64,000 nt of DNA from a bacterium (GCA_965233585.1 CBDDTI010000746.1:544001-608000); one strand, 5' to 3'; shown: positions 19,276 through 29,112, counted from the first letter of the stretch. Translations and numbers: made by a program. Notes: generated by a model from the sequence alone, not told the origin.

Positions 19276-20280
19276 ATGAAAAGAATCTCTTATTTAAGCA
19301 CTAGATCAGAATTTTTAAGCTCCAAAGAAATTAGAGCGATTGAAGAGATTTCCAGAAAAAATAATCAAGCTAGGGGGATTACAGGTTTTTTTGTCATCAT
19401 TGACAATCATTTTTTTCAAACAATAGAAGGACCTGCAGAGGCTATTGACCTGCTGTTTGACAAAATCCGACAAGACCCCAGACATGATCAAATCATTTGC
19501 CTCACTTCAGAAGAAAATGTCAGCACCAGAAAGTTTCCAGATTGGTCTATGAATTGGTTTGCTACCAATCATGCCTTTGGGGTCAAGAACGTCTTTGAGA
19601 GTATTTTGAAATCTATCATTGGTTTGCAAAATAATCTGGCTCAATATACCCAAATCAAAATTCTCAATTACTTGTCTCAAGGAGTTTTACCTTCTTCTGT
19701 TGAACCCTTCCGAGTAGAAAAAACAGTCTTGATGTCCGATATTGCAGGGTTTACGATGCTTTGTGAAAATTTGGAGTCCCAAAAGTTGGTGAACCTTGTC
19801 AATCACTTTCTGGAAATCACTTGTGATCAAGTGAACAAACATGGAGGAGAAATTAACAAGATCATTGGTGACTGCGTCTTGGCAGTTTTTGATGCTTCTA
19901 ACACAGATGACGCCATCCAAGCGGCAGTCAGTATTGTGCAAAATGTGACCCAGTTGAGGCAGGAATCCCAAGACAGTGTGTGCAAATTCCTTCAATGTGG
20001 AATCGGCATAGATACAGGAATGGTGACAGAAGGCAATATTGGCACCGCTGTCAAAAAAGACTACACCATTTTAGGGACAGCTGTGAATGTTGCATCAAGG
20101 CTGGAATCACTCACAAGGTTTTTCCAAAAAAGCATTGTCATTTCTGAAAGAACCTCTAGCCTAATGTCAGACCATTGGGAGTTGGAAGCATTAGGAGACT
20201 TCAAGATCAAAGGAATAGATGCCAAACAATATCTTTACACCCTCAAAAATTTACAGAAATTCAATGTCAACAGCATTTAG
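19276..20280 (+). CDS. Photoactivated adenylyl cyclase (BLUF + class III cyclase), bPAC/OaPAC-like, 334 aa
   Basis: BLUF residues Y6, NN(29-30), Q48, W90, M92; cyclase motifs SDIAGFT, KIIGD, DYTILG.AVNVASRLE, IKG. Confidence 0.92.
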   Translation: MKRISYLSTRSEFLSSKEIRAIEEISRKNNQARGITGFFVIIDNHFFQTIEGPAEAIDLLFDKIRQDPRHDQIICLTSEENVSTRKFPDWSMNWFATNHAFGVKNVFESILKSIIGLQNNLAQYTQIKILNYLSQGVLPSSVEPFRVEKTVLMSDIAGFTMLCENLESQKLVNLVNHFLEITCDQVNKHGGEINKIIGDCVLAVFDASNTDDAIQAAVSIVQNVTQLRQESQDSVCKFLQCGIGIDTGMVTEGNIGTAVKKDYTILGTAVNVASRLESLTRFFQKSIVISERTSSLMSDHWELEALGDFKIKGIDAKQYLYTLKNLQKFNVNSI

Positions 20281-20504
20281 GTCGTTAAGTCTGTTCACAC
20301 GCTTTCCTTTGCAACAAGAAATAACGCCTTTTTTCGCTAAAATCTATTGAACCCTGTGAAGATTTTAGCAGGGTTGCACCTTGCTTGACCTCATATTAAA
20401 AGTCAAAATTTCCTCACTTCTTTCTTTTCATACTTGCAATTTCATTCCAAAAATTTTAAATTCTATCTTTTTGGTTTTGTTAATAGATTTTTAGATAGGA
20501 AAAC

Positions 20505-21272
20505 ATGAGTAACCCCGAAAGACTGACAGACAGCACTGACATCATCACAATCTCTAAGATGAACAAGTGGTATGATGCTTTTCATGTGCTGAAAGACATT
20601 AATTTGAATGTTAAGAAAGGAGAACGTATCGTGATTTGTGGTCCGTCAGGGTCAGGAAAATCAACCATGATTCGTTGTCTCAATCGGTTGGAAGAACACC
20701 AAGAAGGCACTGTCATCATTGATGGTGTGGAATTGAGTGACAATTTAAAGAACATAGAAAAGATCCGCAGCGAGGTGGGTATGGTGTTCCAAAGTTTTAA
20801 TCTTTTCCCTCATCTTTCTATTTTAGAAAACCTAACCCTTGCACCAATCTGGGTCAGGAAGCAATCTCCTAAAGAAGCAGAAGAAATTGCATTGCAGTAT
20901 TTGGAACGTGTCAAGATTCCAGAGCAGGCACATAAATATCCCGGTCAGCTTTCTGGGGGTCAACAACAGCGCGTGGCGATTGCAAGGAGTCTTTGCATGA
21001 ACCCCAAGATCATGTTGTTTGATGAACCCACTTCTGCACTTGACCCTGAGATGATCTCAGAAGTTCTGGACGTAATGGTAGAGTTGGCAGAAGGTGGTAT
21101 GACCATGTTGTGTGTGACCCATGAAATGGGATTTGCCAAACAAGTCGCAGATTGCGTCATTTTTATGGACCGTGGAGAAATTGTAGAACAAGGCACACCT
21201 GAACAGTTTTTCAACAACCCTCAAGAAGAACGTACCAAAAAGTTTTTAAGTCAGATTTTACACCACGGATAA
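20505..21272 (+). CDS. Polar amino acid ABC transporter ATP-binding protein (AapP/GlnQ-like)
   Basis: [39 protein letters not shown]. Confidence 0.95.
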   Translation: MSNPERLTDSTDIITISKMNKWYDAFHVLKDINLNVKKGERIVICGPSGSGKSTMIRCLNRLEEHQEGTVIIDGVELSDNLKNIEKIRSEVGMVFQSFNLFPHLSILENLTLAPIWVRKQSPKEAEEIALQYLERVKIPEQAHKYPGQLSGGQQQRVAIARSLCMNPKIMLFDEPTSALDPEMISEVLDVMVELAEGGMTMLCVTHEMGFAKQVADCVIFMDRGEIVEQGTPEQFFNNPQEERTKKFLSQILHHG

Positions 21273-21317
21273 AATCACTCCATTTCACAACTCTTTTCTA
21301 TTTCACAACTTTTTTCA

Positions 21318-22526
21318 ATGAAAGCGATGAAACCACCATTTCAAGTGATTCAAGACCTAGAAGTTTCTGGCAAAACCGTTCTAGTTCGTGCAGACCTCAA
21401 TGTGCCTTTTGCAGAGTCTCAAGTGACTGATGCCACACGGATTGAGCGATTTGTTCCAACAGTTCAGGCATTGCTTGAAAAAAATGCTACTGTTGTCATT
21501 TGTTCCCATTTTGGAAGACCAAAAGGGCAAGTCATTGACAAATATTCTTTGGGGCAGATTGTAGATGCCATTTCTAAAGAATTAGGCAAACCTGTTCAAT
21601 TTGTCAAAGATTGCATAGGTGAAGAAGTCGCGTCAAAGGTGAAGGCATTACAAGCGGGTCAAGTCTTATTGTTGGAAAATCTCCGTTTTCATCAGGAAGA
21701 GGAACAAAACAACCCGCAGTTTGCAAAACAGCTGGCAAACCTTGCTGATGTGTATCTCAACGATGCCTTTTCGTGTTCTCACCGAGCGCATGCGTCTGTG
21801 GAGGCAATTACACAATTCTTGCCTTCTGGTGCAGGTTTGTTGATGGAGCAGGAACTTAATGCACTTAATCAGGCATTGGGGAATCCCAAAAAACCTGTGC
21901 TTGCGATTGCATCGGGGGCAAAGGTTTCTACCAAATTAACCGTACTGAAAAACCTTGCAAAAAAAGTGGATTATCTGGTGTTGGGTGGTGGAATGGCAAA
22001 CACGGCTCTTTATGCCAAAGGAATTGCCATAGGTGCTTCACTTTGTGAAAAAGACATGGCAGACATTTTTAATGAACTCACCAAAGAGCTTCAACAAGAA
22101 CAATGTGAGCTGATTTTGCCTGTTGATGCTGTGATTGCTAAAGAACTGAAAGCTGGTGTTGCCACAAATGTTGTTGATGTCAATGCTGTGCCTGATGATG
22201 AGATGATCTTAGACATTGGTCCCAAAACGATTGACCTCATCAAGCAATATTTTCAAAAATCTCAGACGATTGTTTGGAATGGTCCAATGGGTGTTTTTGA
22301 AGTCAAGGGTTTTGAACAAGGGACACTGCAACTTGCAAAAGAAGCTGCCAGATTGACTAAGGCAGGTGATTTGCTCACTGTGGCAGGCGGAGGAGACACC
22401 GTTGCCGCATTGGCATTGTTAGATGAAGATGAAAAATTCTCGTATGTTTCCAGCGCAGGGGGGGCGTTTTTAGAATGGATGGAAGGCAAAGAGTTGCCGG
22501 GAGTCAAAGCATTGCTTATGAAATAG
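21318..22526 (+). CDS. pgk: Phosphoglycerate kinase
   Basis: RADLNVP, SHFGRPKG, LENLRF, WNGPMGVFE, GGGDT, GGAFLEW.EGK.LPG. Confidence 0.97.
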   Translation: MKAMKPPFQVIQDLEVSGKTVLVRADLNVPFAESQVTDATRIERFVPTVQALLEKNATVVICSHFGRPKGQVIDKYSLGQIVDAISKELGKPVQFVKDCIGEEVASKVKALQAGQVLLLENLRFHQEEEQNNPQFAKQLANLADVYLNDAFSCSHRAHASVEAITQFLPSGAGLLMEQELNALNQALGNPKKPVLAIASGAKVSTKLTVLKNLAKKVDYLVLGGGMANTALYAKGIAIGASLCEKDMADIFNELTKELQQEQCELILPVDAVIAKELKAGVATNVVDVNAVPDDEMILDIGPKTIDLIKQYFQKSQTIVWNGPMGVFEVKGFEQGTLQLAKEAARLTKAGDLLTVAGGGDTVAALALLDEDEKFSYVSSAGGAFLEWMEGKELPGVKALLMK

Positions 22527-22566
22527 CTCATGCCTTAGCAGCAACCATTTACCTATCAGGTCTTTT

Positions 22567-23808
22567 TTAAAAGGGATACCCAATAAACACAGTGCGTTGT
22601 GAACCTTCATCTTGGCTAAATCCCATGTCCACCCGAATGACCACCGTACTCATTAAAAAACGAATCCCAAAACCTGAAGAAGTTTTAAATTCGTCCCATA
22701 ATTCATCTTCTTCGGGTGCGACAGTCCCTTCCTCATAAAACAAAGCCAGCTGGAATCCTGTGTAAGTTCCTTTGGAGACTAGAAAGTTGTAGGGAAAGTT
22801 TGTTTCAGCAGCATACCATCTCCATTCAATTCCACGGAATGCCATGAAGCTGTCAAAGAAACGATTTGCAGGATACCCACGCAACCGATTTGTGCCACCC
22901 AGTGACGTTGCCCGAGGTAGCTTGGATTCTTTTTCCTGCTTCTCAAAAATTTGATCTACGTCTTCTTGACACCCAGGCTCTGCACCAGGACCACAAATGA
23001 AGTTCTCCCGATCTACTTCGCCTTCTTCATCTAACTTTGATGTTGCCCTAAAATAATTCAGCACAAAAACATGACTTCTTTCAGCAAAAGGAACAAAGAG
23101 TGTGTAGTTATAATCACTCTGGAAGTAAGAGGGGGATTCTGCCCGACTTTGTGGAATTTTGTAATGTTCATACTGAATCCGATAACCGACTCTGGGGTCT
23201 CTTCGGTTATCGGTATCGTCAAGCAATATCCCATAGCGCCAGCCCTCTGGTTTTTCATTCAATTGCGCTCTGTTGGCATCAACTTTCGTTCCGTCTGGCA
23301 ACACTAACCCATAAGGGGTCACCGATAACGTGACTACTCCATAATAAATCTCAAATTGATCGTCAAGAAAGCTCAAGGACACTTCGCCACTCCTTAAAAA
23401 AACTCTTTTGCCTAATAAGATAAAACTTTCGTCTGGGTCTGAATCTATGCCTCTTTCAGGTTCGGGAAAACCTGCGTTTCTGACATCAGAATAAATCACA
23501 GAGAATGAAAGATAAGGGTACCAAATGGGTAAGTCTAAAGCTGTGAGTAAATCAATTTGAAAATCTTCACCTTCAATATGTTCAGACTCACCTGTCAAAC
23601 GAACATAAGTGACGTCAGAGATTGGATTCCCAAGAGCCGACAAGGTGATGCCAAATCCAAAAAACTGCTGAACCCCCGGTATCTCTCCTGCCACAGGATA
23701 GACAAACCAAGAGAACTCTGGGTCGGGAATGTCTCTTCTGTCAAAAATGATGGCATGAGAGATTTGAATTTGTAACAACAACACACATAGCGCAAATAGT
23801 TTTTTCAT
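22567..23808 (-). CDS. Omp85/BamA-TamA-like outer-membrane barrel without POTRA domains
   Basis: Signal peptide from MKKLF, DDTDNRRDPRVG, LGGTNRLRGY (loop-6 motif), GFGIRF...IRVDMG, terminal Phe (GYPF). Confidence 0.75.
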   Translation of the reverse strand: MKKLFALCVLLLQIQISHAIIFDRRDIPDPEFSWFVYPVAGEIPGVQQFFGFGITLSALGNPISDVTYVRLTGESEHIEGEDFQIDLLTALDLPIWYPYLSFSVIYSDVRNAGFPEPERGIDSDPDESFILLGKRVFLRSGEVSLSFLDDQFEIYYGVVTLSVTPYGLVLPDGTKVDANRAQLNEKPEGWRYGILLDDTDNRRDPRVGYRIQYEHYKIPQSRAESPSYFQSDYNYTLFVPFAERSHVFVLNYFRATSKLDEEGEVDRENFICGPGAEPGCQEDVDQIFEKQEKESKLPRATSLGGTNRLRGYPANRFFDSFMAFRGIEWRWYAAETNFPYNFLVSKGTYTGFQLALFYEEGTVAPEEDELWDEFKTSSGFGIRFLMSTVVIRVDMGFSQDEGSQRTVFIGYPF

Positions 23809-24217
23809 GATATATCTCCAGAAAATAGTGAACTCAACCAATAATCATTATTTATCGGTTTCCATACAAGAAACTTTAACAATTAAAGAAGTCTTTGTCA
23901 ATACAAAATTTGATATTTTTATGAAAAAATAGTGATGCAATTTTTATGACATCTAGCACAAAGAAAAAAAATATTTCTTGAAAAACAAGGACTTTCGGCA
24001 TTGGCTCGGGTTCAAAAATGATGTGAAAAATTCTAAAAAATCTGTAAAAAAACCTTTCTAAATTCTGTGCTGACAGAATATGATTTTATTCATCAACTGA
24101 ATCAGGCAAAAAAGACTCTTGACAAAAAATCAAAGTGAGTGTAGCCTCTCTTCTTCTTTTGTCATTTTGACTCTGTTTCAATCAACTCTTTTCAAAATTT
24201 TATTCAAACGACAAGCG

Positions 24218-25576
24218 ATGAAAAATCCTAAAATTACCTTCATTGGTGCTGGGTCTTCAGTCTTTATGAAAAATCTTATTGGAGATTGCTTGCACAAAGA
24301 GGCTCTTCAAAGTTCTCATTTTGCTTTGGTGGATATTGATGAAACCAGACTGAATGACTCAGTCATTATCATTGAAAAACTCATTCAAACTATGAAAGTT
24401 GATGCAACTTTTTCTACACATCTCAACTCACAAAAAGAGGCATTGGAGGGGAGTGATTTTGTGATAGTTGCATTTCAAATAGGAGGTTACAAGCCTTGTA
24501 CTGTAACAGATTTTGAAGTATGCAAGAAACATGGCATAGAACAAACGATTGGGGACACCTTAGGGGTGGCTGGTATTATGCGGGGGATAAGGACAATTCC
24601 GCATCTTTGGAAAATCTGTGAGGACATGAGAGAAGTCTGCCCCAATGCAACGATGTTAAACTACGTAAACCCTATGGCAATGAACACTTGGGCAATGTAT
24701 GAGAAATATCCAGACATTCAGCAAGTGGGGCTGTGTCATTCTGTTCCCCTCACTATTGAAGATTTGGCTCACGACCTAAGCATAGATGCTGAAAAATTAA
24801 GATATGTTTGTGCAGGTATTAACCACATGGCTTTTTACTTGACACTAGAAAAACAAACTGACAACGGGGACTACACTAACGTTTACCCTGACTTGTTAAA
24901 AGCCTATCACAACAAAATTGCCCCAAAGCCAAATCAAACTGCCATGGGTCAACGATGCCCTAATCTCATTCGTTATGCGATGTTTGAAAAACTAGGCTAT
25001 TTCGTGACAGAGTCTTCTGAACATTTTGCAGAATACACTCCTTACTTCATTAAACCTCATCGTCCTGATTTAATTAAGCAATATCAAATCCCTCTTGATG
25101 AATATCTCGTGCGATGTGAAGAAAACATTGCAGGCTGGGACAATGAACTGGAAGAATACAAACAAGCAGAAAAAATTGAGATTCAGGCAACCAAAGAATA
25201 TGCGTCTTCTATCATGGAATCCATTTGGACAGGCAAGCCTAGTGTCATCAATGGGAATGTGAGAAACGATCGTTTGGTCAACAACCTGAATGAAGGATGT
25301 TGCGTGGAAGTTCCTTGTTTGGTTGACAACAACGGCATTCAACCTACACATATTGGCAGGCTACCAACCCATTTAGCCGCCTTAATGCGGACTAATATCA
25401 ACGTCCAAGAGTTAGTCGTAGAAGGAATGATACAAGAAAAGAAAGAAAGCATCTATCATGCGGCTTTGTTAGACCCCCATACTGCCTCAGTTTTGGGAAT
25501 TGATGACATTTATAGATTAGTTGATGAATTGATAGAAGCCCACGGAGATTGGTTACCTGAATGGATTCATCGGTAA
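24218..25576 (+). CDS. melA: Alpha-galactosidase, glycoside hydrolase family 4
   Basis: KITFIGAGS, QTIGDTLG, LNYVNPM, GLCHSV, AGINHM, FVTESSEHFAEY. Confidence 0.93.
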   Translation: MKNPKITFIGAGSSVFMKNLIGDCLHKEALQSSHFALVDIDETRLNDSVIIIEKLIQTMKVDATFSTHLNSQKEALEGSDFVIVAFQIGGYKPCTVTDFEVCKKHGIEQTIGDTLGVAGIMRGIRTIPHLWKICEDMREVCPNATMLNYVNPMAMNTWAMYEKYPDIQQVGLCHSVPLTIEDLAHDLSIDAEKLRYVCAGINHMAFYLTLEKQTDNGDYTNVYPDLLKAYHNKIAPKPNQTAMGQRCPNLIRYAMFEKLGYFVTESSEHFAEYTPYFIKPHRPDLIKQYQIPLDEYLVRCEENIAGWDNELEEYKQAEKIEIQATKEYASSIMESIWTGKPSVINGNVRNDRLVNNLNEGCCVEVPCLVDNNGIQPTHIGRLPTHLAALMRTNINVQELVVEGMIQEKKESIYHAALLDPHTASVLGIDDIYRLVDELIEAHGDWLPEWIHR

Positions 25577-25618
25577 AATTTGACTGAAATGATGTCAAGA
25601 AAAGGAGGGAAAAAAGGA

Positions 25619-25642
25619 AGGGGCTGTCAGAAAACAACCCCT
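25619..25642 (-). terminator. Probable intrinsic terminator of the small SutA-like gene
   Basis: Minus strand AGGGGTTGT-loop-ACAGCCCCT followed by TCCTTTTTT. Confidence 0.55.
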
Positions 25643-25666
25643 AAGAAAGAGAAAAGATGATGAAAG

Positions 25667-25864
25667 CTAGAAACTTCCAAGAGTGCCGTAATTAGAAATG
25701 CAATCTTGGATGTCGCTGAGATCATTGTTTGATTGCTCATCAAGATCAAAGAGATTATCGCACACGGTCGCATTGCTTGGGTCAAGTTTTTCCACTTTAC
25801 CCCCACCTGCTAGGAAATTTTGAACAGCCTCGTCCAAACTCTCTTTTGTTAATTCTACTGACAT
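25667..25864 (-). CDS. Small acidic protein resembling the SutA RNA-polymerase-binding domain
   Basis: GGAGG RBS 5 nt before ATG; LDEAVQNFLAGGGKVEKL resembles the SutA core (..EEFL..GGKVQE); acidic tail. Confidence 0.65.
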   Translation of the reverse strand: MSVELTKESLDEAVQNFLAGGGKVEKLDPSNATVCDNLFDLDEQSNNDLSDIQDCISNYGTLGSF

Positions 25865-25919
25865 AAGAACCTCCATTTTGTAAAAAAAATTAAATAATAA
25901 GTAAAATTAAAATATCTTT

Positions 25920-25935
25920 TGCGATAACCGTGCCA
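25920..25935 (-). promoter_or_regulatory. Sigma54 (-24/-12) promoter of the SutA-like gene
   Basis: Minus strand TGGCACGGTTATCGCA, GG-N10-GC spacing, one mismatch to consensus. Confidence 0.7.
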
Positions 25936-26013
25936 TACTTTTGATTTATATACAAGCCGTTGTTTTTTATGAATAAAACATCTTTTATCAAATCAACTCA
26001 ATCAACAACCAAA

Positions 26014-26047
26014 TACATTTTATGTATGTTGCATGACATTTTATGTA
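26014..26047. promoter_or_regulatory. Tandem quasi-palindromic sites, candidate enhancer (UAS) or autoregulatory operator
   Basis: TACATTTTATGTA (26014-26026) and GACATTTTATGTA (26035-26047), 21-bp period. Confidence 0.6.
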
Positions 26048-26078
26048 CATAAATCTTTATTTTTGTAAAAAATTGTAA

Positions 26079-27566
26079 ATGAATGAATTAGAAATAAGTT
26101 TTTTGGAAACTGTCAGGAATATCGTAATTATGAACCCTTTCAGTGATCAATATTGCCTTGTTGCCAAAAAGATTGCCAAAATTCCTGACCAAGCCAGTGC
26201 TTCTGAAGTTTTGGGTTGTGTTGCAAAAACTGCCCAGGATTGGATTGCACAAATTGAATCTAAGTACCAGTACACCCTGACGCTTTCCACTTTTGAAGAC
26301 GAAAAAAACGAGCTTTTGCATTCTCTTTTTTTGTTAGAAGGCTATGGACGATACACCAAAGGCTTTGTTAAATTGATTCAGAAACAGCTTCAAAATAACG
26401 GACAATCACAAGAAGTCAAATTTGGCAAAGAAGCCATTGCCTATTTAGAAAGTCGTGGATTTTCTTACAAAGAAGCATTGTCAAGGTTTGCTCTTTTTTA
26501 TCAGATTCACCGCGCACATTATTTCATCGGAGATTCGTTGCGTGGATGTTCCCAATCTATGCGTGAGCTTCGTTATAAGCTGTGGAGTAACATTTTTACA
26601 AATAGCATTGTCTGGTATGAAAAATACCTTTTTGGAAAGATGGAGGGGTTTTCTACCTTGTTTCTTGGCGAAACTGGCACGGGTAAAGGAGCAGCAGCAG
26701 CAGCACTGGGACAGTCTGGATACATTCCATACGACCATAAAAAACACTGCTTCTCAGAAAGTTTTACAAAAACCTTTCTTGCGACCAATCTTTCTCAATA
26801 TTCCGAACAACTCATTGAATCAGAGCTTTTTGGACACAAAAAAGGAGCATTTACTGGTGCAGTAGAGTCTTATGATGGCTTACTCGGGCAATGTAGCCCA
26901 AACGGTTCAATTTTTCTTGATGAACTGGGAGAAGTCAATATGTCTATCCAAATCAAGTTGCTTCAGGTTTTACAAGAAAGAACCTATACACCTGTGGGAA
27001 GCCACGAACACAAACGTTTTTCAGGACGCATCATTGCAGCAACTAATAAATCCCTAGCAGATTTAAGACAACAGGGAGCAATCCGAGATGATTTTTTTTA
27101 CAGGCTTTGTTCTGATGTCATCACTGTCCCACCATTACGCATGAGAATCCAAGAATCACCCCAAGAAATGGACTTGTTGATTCATATCACTTTGCAAAGA
27201 TTAACAGGTGAAGAACACCCTGAACTTTTTGGGATTGTCAAACGCGCTTTGTCTCATAACTTGCCCAAAGAATACCATTGGCCCGGTAATGTCAGGGAAC
27301 TTGAGCAGGCGGTGAGGCGTGTCTTGCTGACCAAAGAATACCTTGGGGACAGAAAATATGTTGCGGCAGATTTAAGAACAAGACTGCTCAATGATTTTGT
27401 GGAGGGCAATTTGCCTGCTAGCGAAGTGCTTGGTGCTTATTGTGCATTACTTTACGCACGTTATTCTACTTACGAAGAAGTCGCACGCCGTACAATGCTT
27501 GACCGCCGCACAGTGAAAAAATACATTGACTACTGGAAAAAACAAGTTAACACTGATACCATTTAA
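26079..27566 (+). CDS. Sigma54-dependent transcriptional activator (bEBP) with an unrecognised N-terminal domain
   Basis: GETGTGKG, ESELFGHKKGAFTGA, FLDELGE, RDDFFYRL, WPGNVRELEQ, C-terminal HTH (YEEVARRTMLDRRTVKKY). Confidence 0.93.
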   Translation: MNELEISFLETVRNIVIMNPFSDQYCLVAKKIAKIPDQASASEVLGCVAKTAQDWIAQIESKYQYTLTLSTFEDEKNELLHSLFLLEGYGRYTKGFVKLIQKQLQNNGQSQEVKFGKEAIAYLESRGFSYKEALSRFALFYQIHRAHYFIGDSLRGCSQSMRELRYKLWSNIFTNSIVWYEKYLFGKMEGFSTLFLGETGTGKGAAAAALGQSGYIPYDHKKHCFSESFTKTFLATNLSQYSEQLIESELFGHKKGAFTGAVESYDGLLGQCSPNGSIFLDELGEVNMSIQIKLLQVLQERTYTPVGSHEHKRFSGRIIAATNKSLADLRQQGAIRDDFFYRLCSDVITVPPLRMRIQESPQEMDLLIHITLQRLTGEEHPELFGIVKRALSHNLPKEYHWPGNVRELEQAVRRVLLTKEYLGDRKYVAADLRTRLLNDFVEGNLPASEVLGAYCALLYARYSTYEEVARRTMLDRRTVKKYIDYWKKQVNTDTI

Positions 27567-27618
27567 GAGAAGCGACGTTGGATACTGGAAAACAACAAAC
27601 ACTAACACTTTCTAAAAG

Positions 27619-29112
27619 ATGGGATCCATTGATCTTCAAATAAGCTGGCAAGCAGTTGTCATCACATTTTTAATCGGAACGTTAGGAAGCATTCTAGTCT
27701 GTCTGCCTTCTCTTGTCCGAATTTCCAAATTAAGCCCTGCACAGCTGTTCCGTTCTGGCTCTCCTGAAGCCCACCAAAAATATTGGAAGCTGTCCCTTAT
27801 TGCCTGTCTGCCTGTCATTGTCTTTTATGCCTTGCTTGCTTTTTGGCAAGTCAGGTCATGGCTGGTTGGGGGAATCTTTTTGGTGAGTTTCACCGTGGTT
27901 CTTACGATCTTAGGTTCTACTGCATCGCTTGGGTTGTTTTTATTACAAAAAATTCAAATTGAATCCTACCCCAGATTGAGGCTGGCTTTACGAAGTTTGA
28001 CAAGGCATAAAATTGGGTCAACGCTCTGTTTTGTCGCCATTGGGTCAGGAGCTTTTCTTGCCAGTGTTCCTGAGCAAGTTCGCTCCATCGTTTTTGATGA
28101 ACTCTACCAAAAAGACCCAGACCTCCCAACTCCTAGTTTGTTTTTGTTTGATATTCAACCCAATCAAGTTGAGCCTTTAAAGCAGTTTTTAATTGAAAAA
28201 AATACCAAGCTAGAAGACCTTTCCCCAATGGTGCGTGGACGCATGACTCATATCAACGGCGAATTGATAGAAAAAGACAATGAAGACTTTCAAAGACGCA
28301 GTGTCAATTTGTCTTATCGTGAAAAACTGTCTGTCACAGAACGAATCACTGATGGTGAGGTCATTGACCAGCCTTATGATGAATCAAGTGGAGAACTCCC
28401 CAAAGTTTCTCTAGTCTGGGATTTTGCTGAAGAAAGAGGCATCAGCATCGGGGATACAATTACGTTTGATGTGCAAGGAATCGCAGTTGAAGGGAAAATT
28501 GTCAATTTCAGAGAAGTGTTGTGGACAAGTTTCAGACCTAATTTCTTCATTATGTTTCAAAGTGGAGTGCTAGAAGAAGCTCCCCAAACTTATGTCGGGG
28601 TCATCACATCTGTCCCCCAAGATGAACGTCCAGCGTTACAACATGCTCTCTCTGAACGATTCACCAATATTGCCGCATTAGACGTCTCTAAAAGCATTGA
28701 TGCCATCTCAAAACGTATTGAGCAGATTGTGTGGGCATTGCGTGTAGTGGCATCTGCTACCTTAGTTGTTGGCTTAGTTGTGTTATTTGCGATTGCACAG
28801 TCAGAAACCAAATCGCGTGACTGGGAAGTGGGATTGCTCAAATCACTAGGGGCATCTTTGAACAATGTACGTGTGGTGGTCTATGCTGAGTTTGGCATTT
28901 TATGCCTCGCATCTACTATCGTTGCAATGTTGATGAGTCTTTCCATCTCTCAAACGATTTCATGGCTTATCTTTGGAAGAGTCGGAAGCATTGCATGGAC
29001 TGCCTTCATTGTTGACATAGTGTCTATTCTCTCTTTCAGTTTTTTGATTGCAATCCTTGCTGTTTCACACAGTCTCAAACAAACGCCTCTCAAACTTTTA
29101 CGTTCTGTTTGA
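27619..29112 (+). CDS. FtsX/YbbP-like ABC permease, apparently only the C-terminal part
   Basis: PSLFLFDIQPNQ, PMVRGR, REVLWTSFRPNFF, LLKSLGAS. It begins at a TM segment and has no ATPase gene adjacent. Confidence 0.75.
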   Translation: MGSIDLQISWQAVVITFLIGTLGSILVCLPSLVRISKLSPAQLFRSGSPEAHQKYWKLSLIACLPVIVFYALLAFWQVRSWLVGGIFLVSFTVVLTILGSTASLGLFLLQKIQIESYPRLRLALRSLTRHKIGSTLCFVAIGSGAFLASVPEQVRSIVFDELYQKDPDLPTPSLFLFDIQPNQVEPLKQFLIEKNTKLEDLSPMVRGRMTHINGELIEKDNEDFQRRSVNLSYREKLSVTERITDGEVIDQPYDESSGELPKVSLVWDFAEERGISIGDTITFDVQGIAVEGKIVNFREVLWTSFRPNFFIMFQSGVLEEAPQTYVGVITSVPQDERPALQHALSERFTNIAALDVSKSIDAISKRIEQIVWALRVVASATLVVGLVVLFAIAQSETKSRDWEVGLLKSLGASLNNVRVVVYAEFGILCLASTIVAMLMSLSISQTISWLIFGRVGSIAWTAFIVDIVSILSFSFLIAILAVSHSLKQTPLKLLRSV

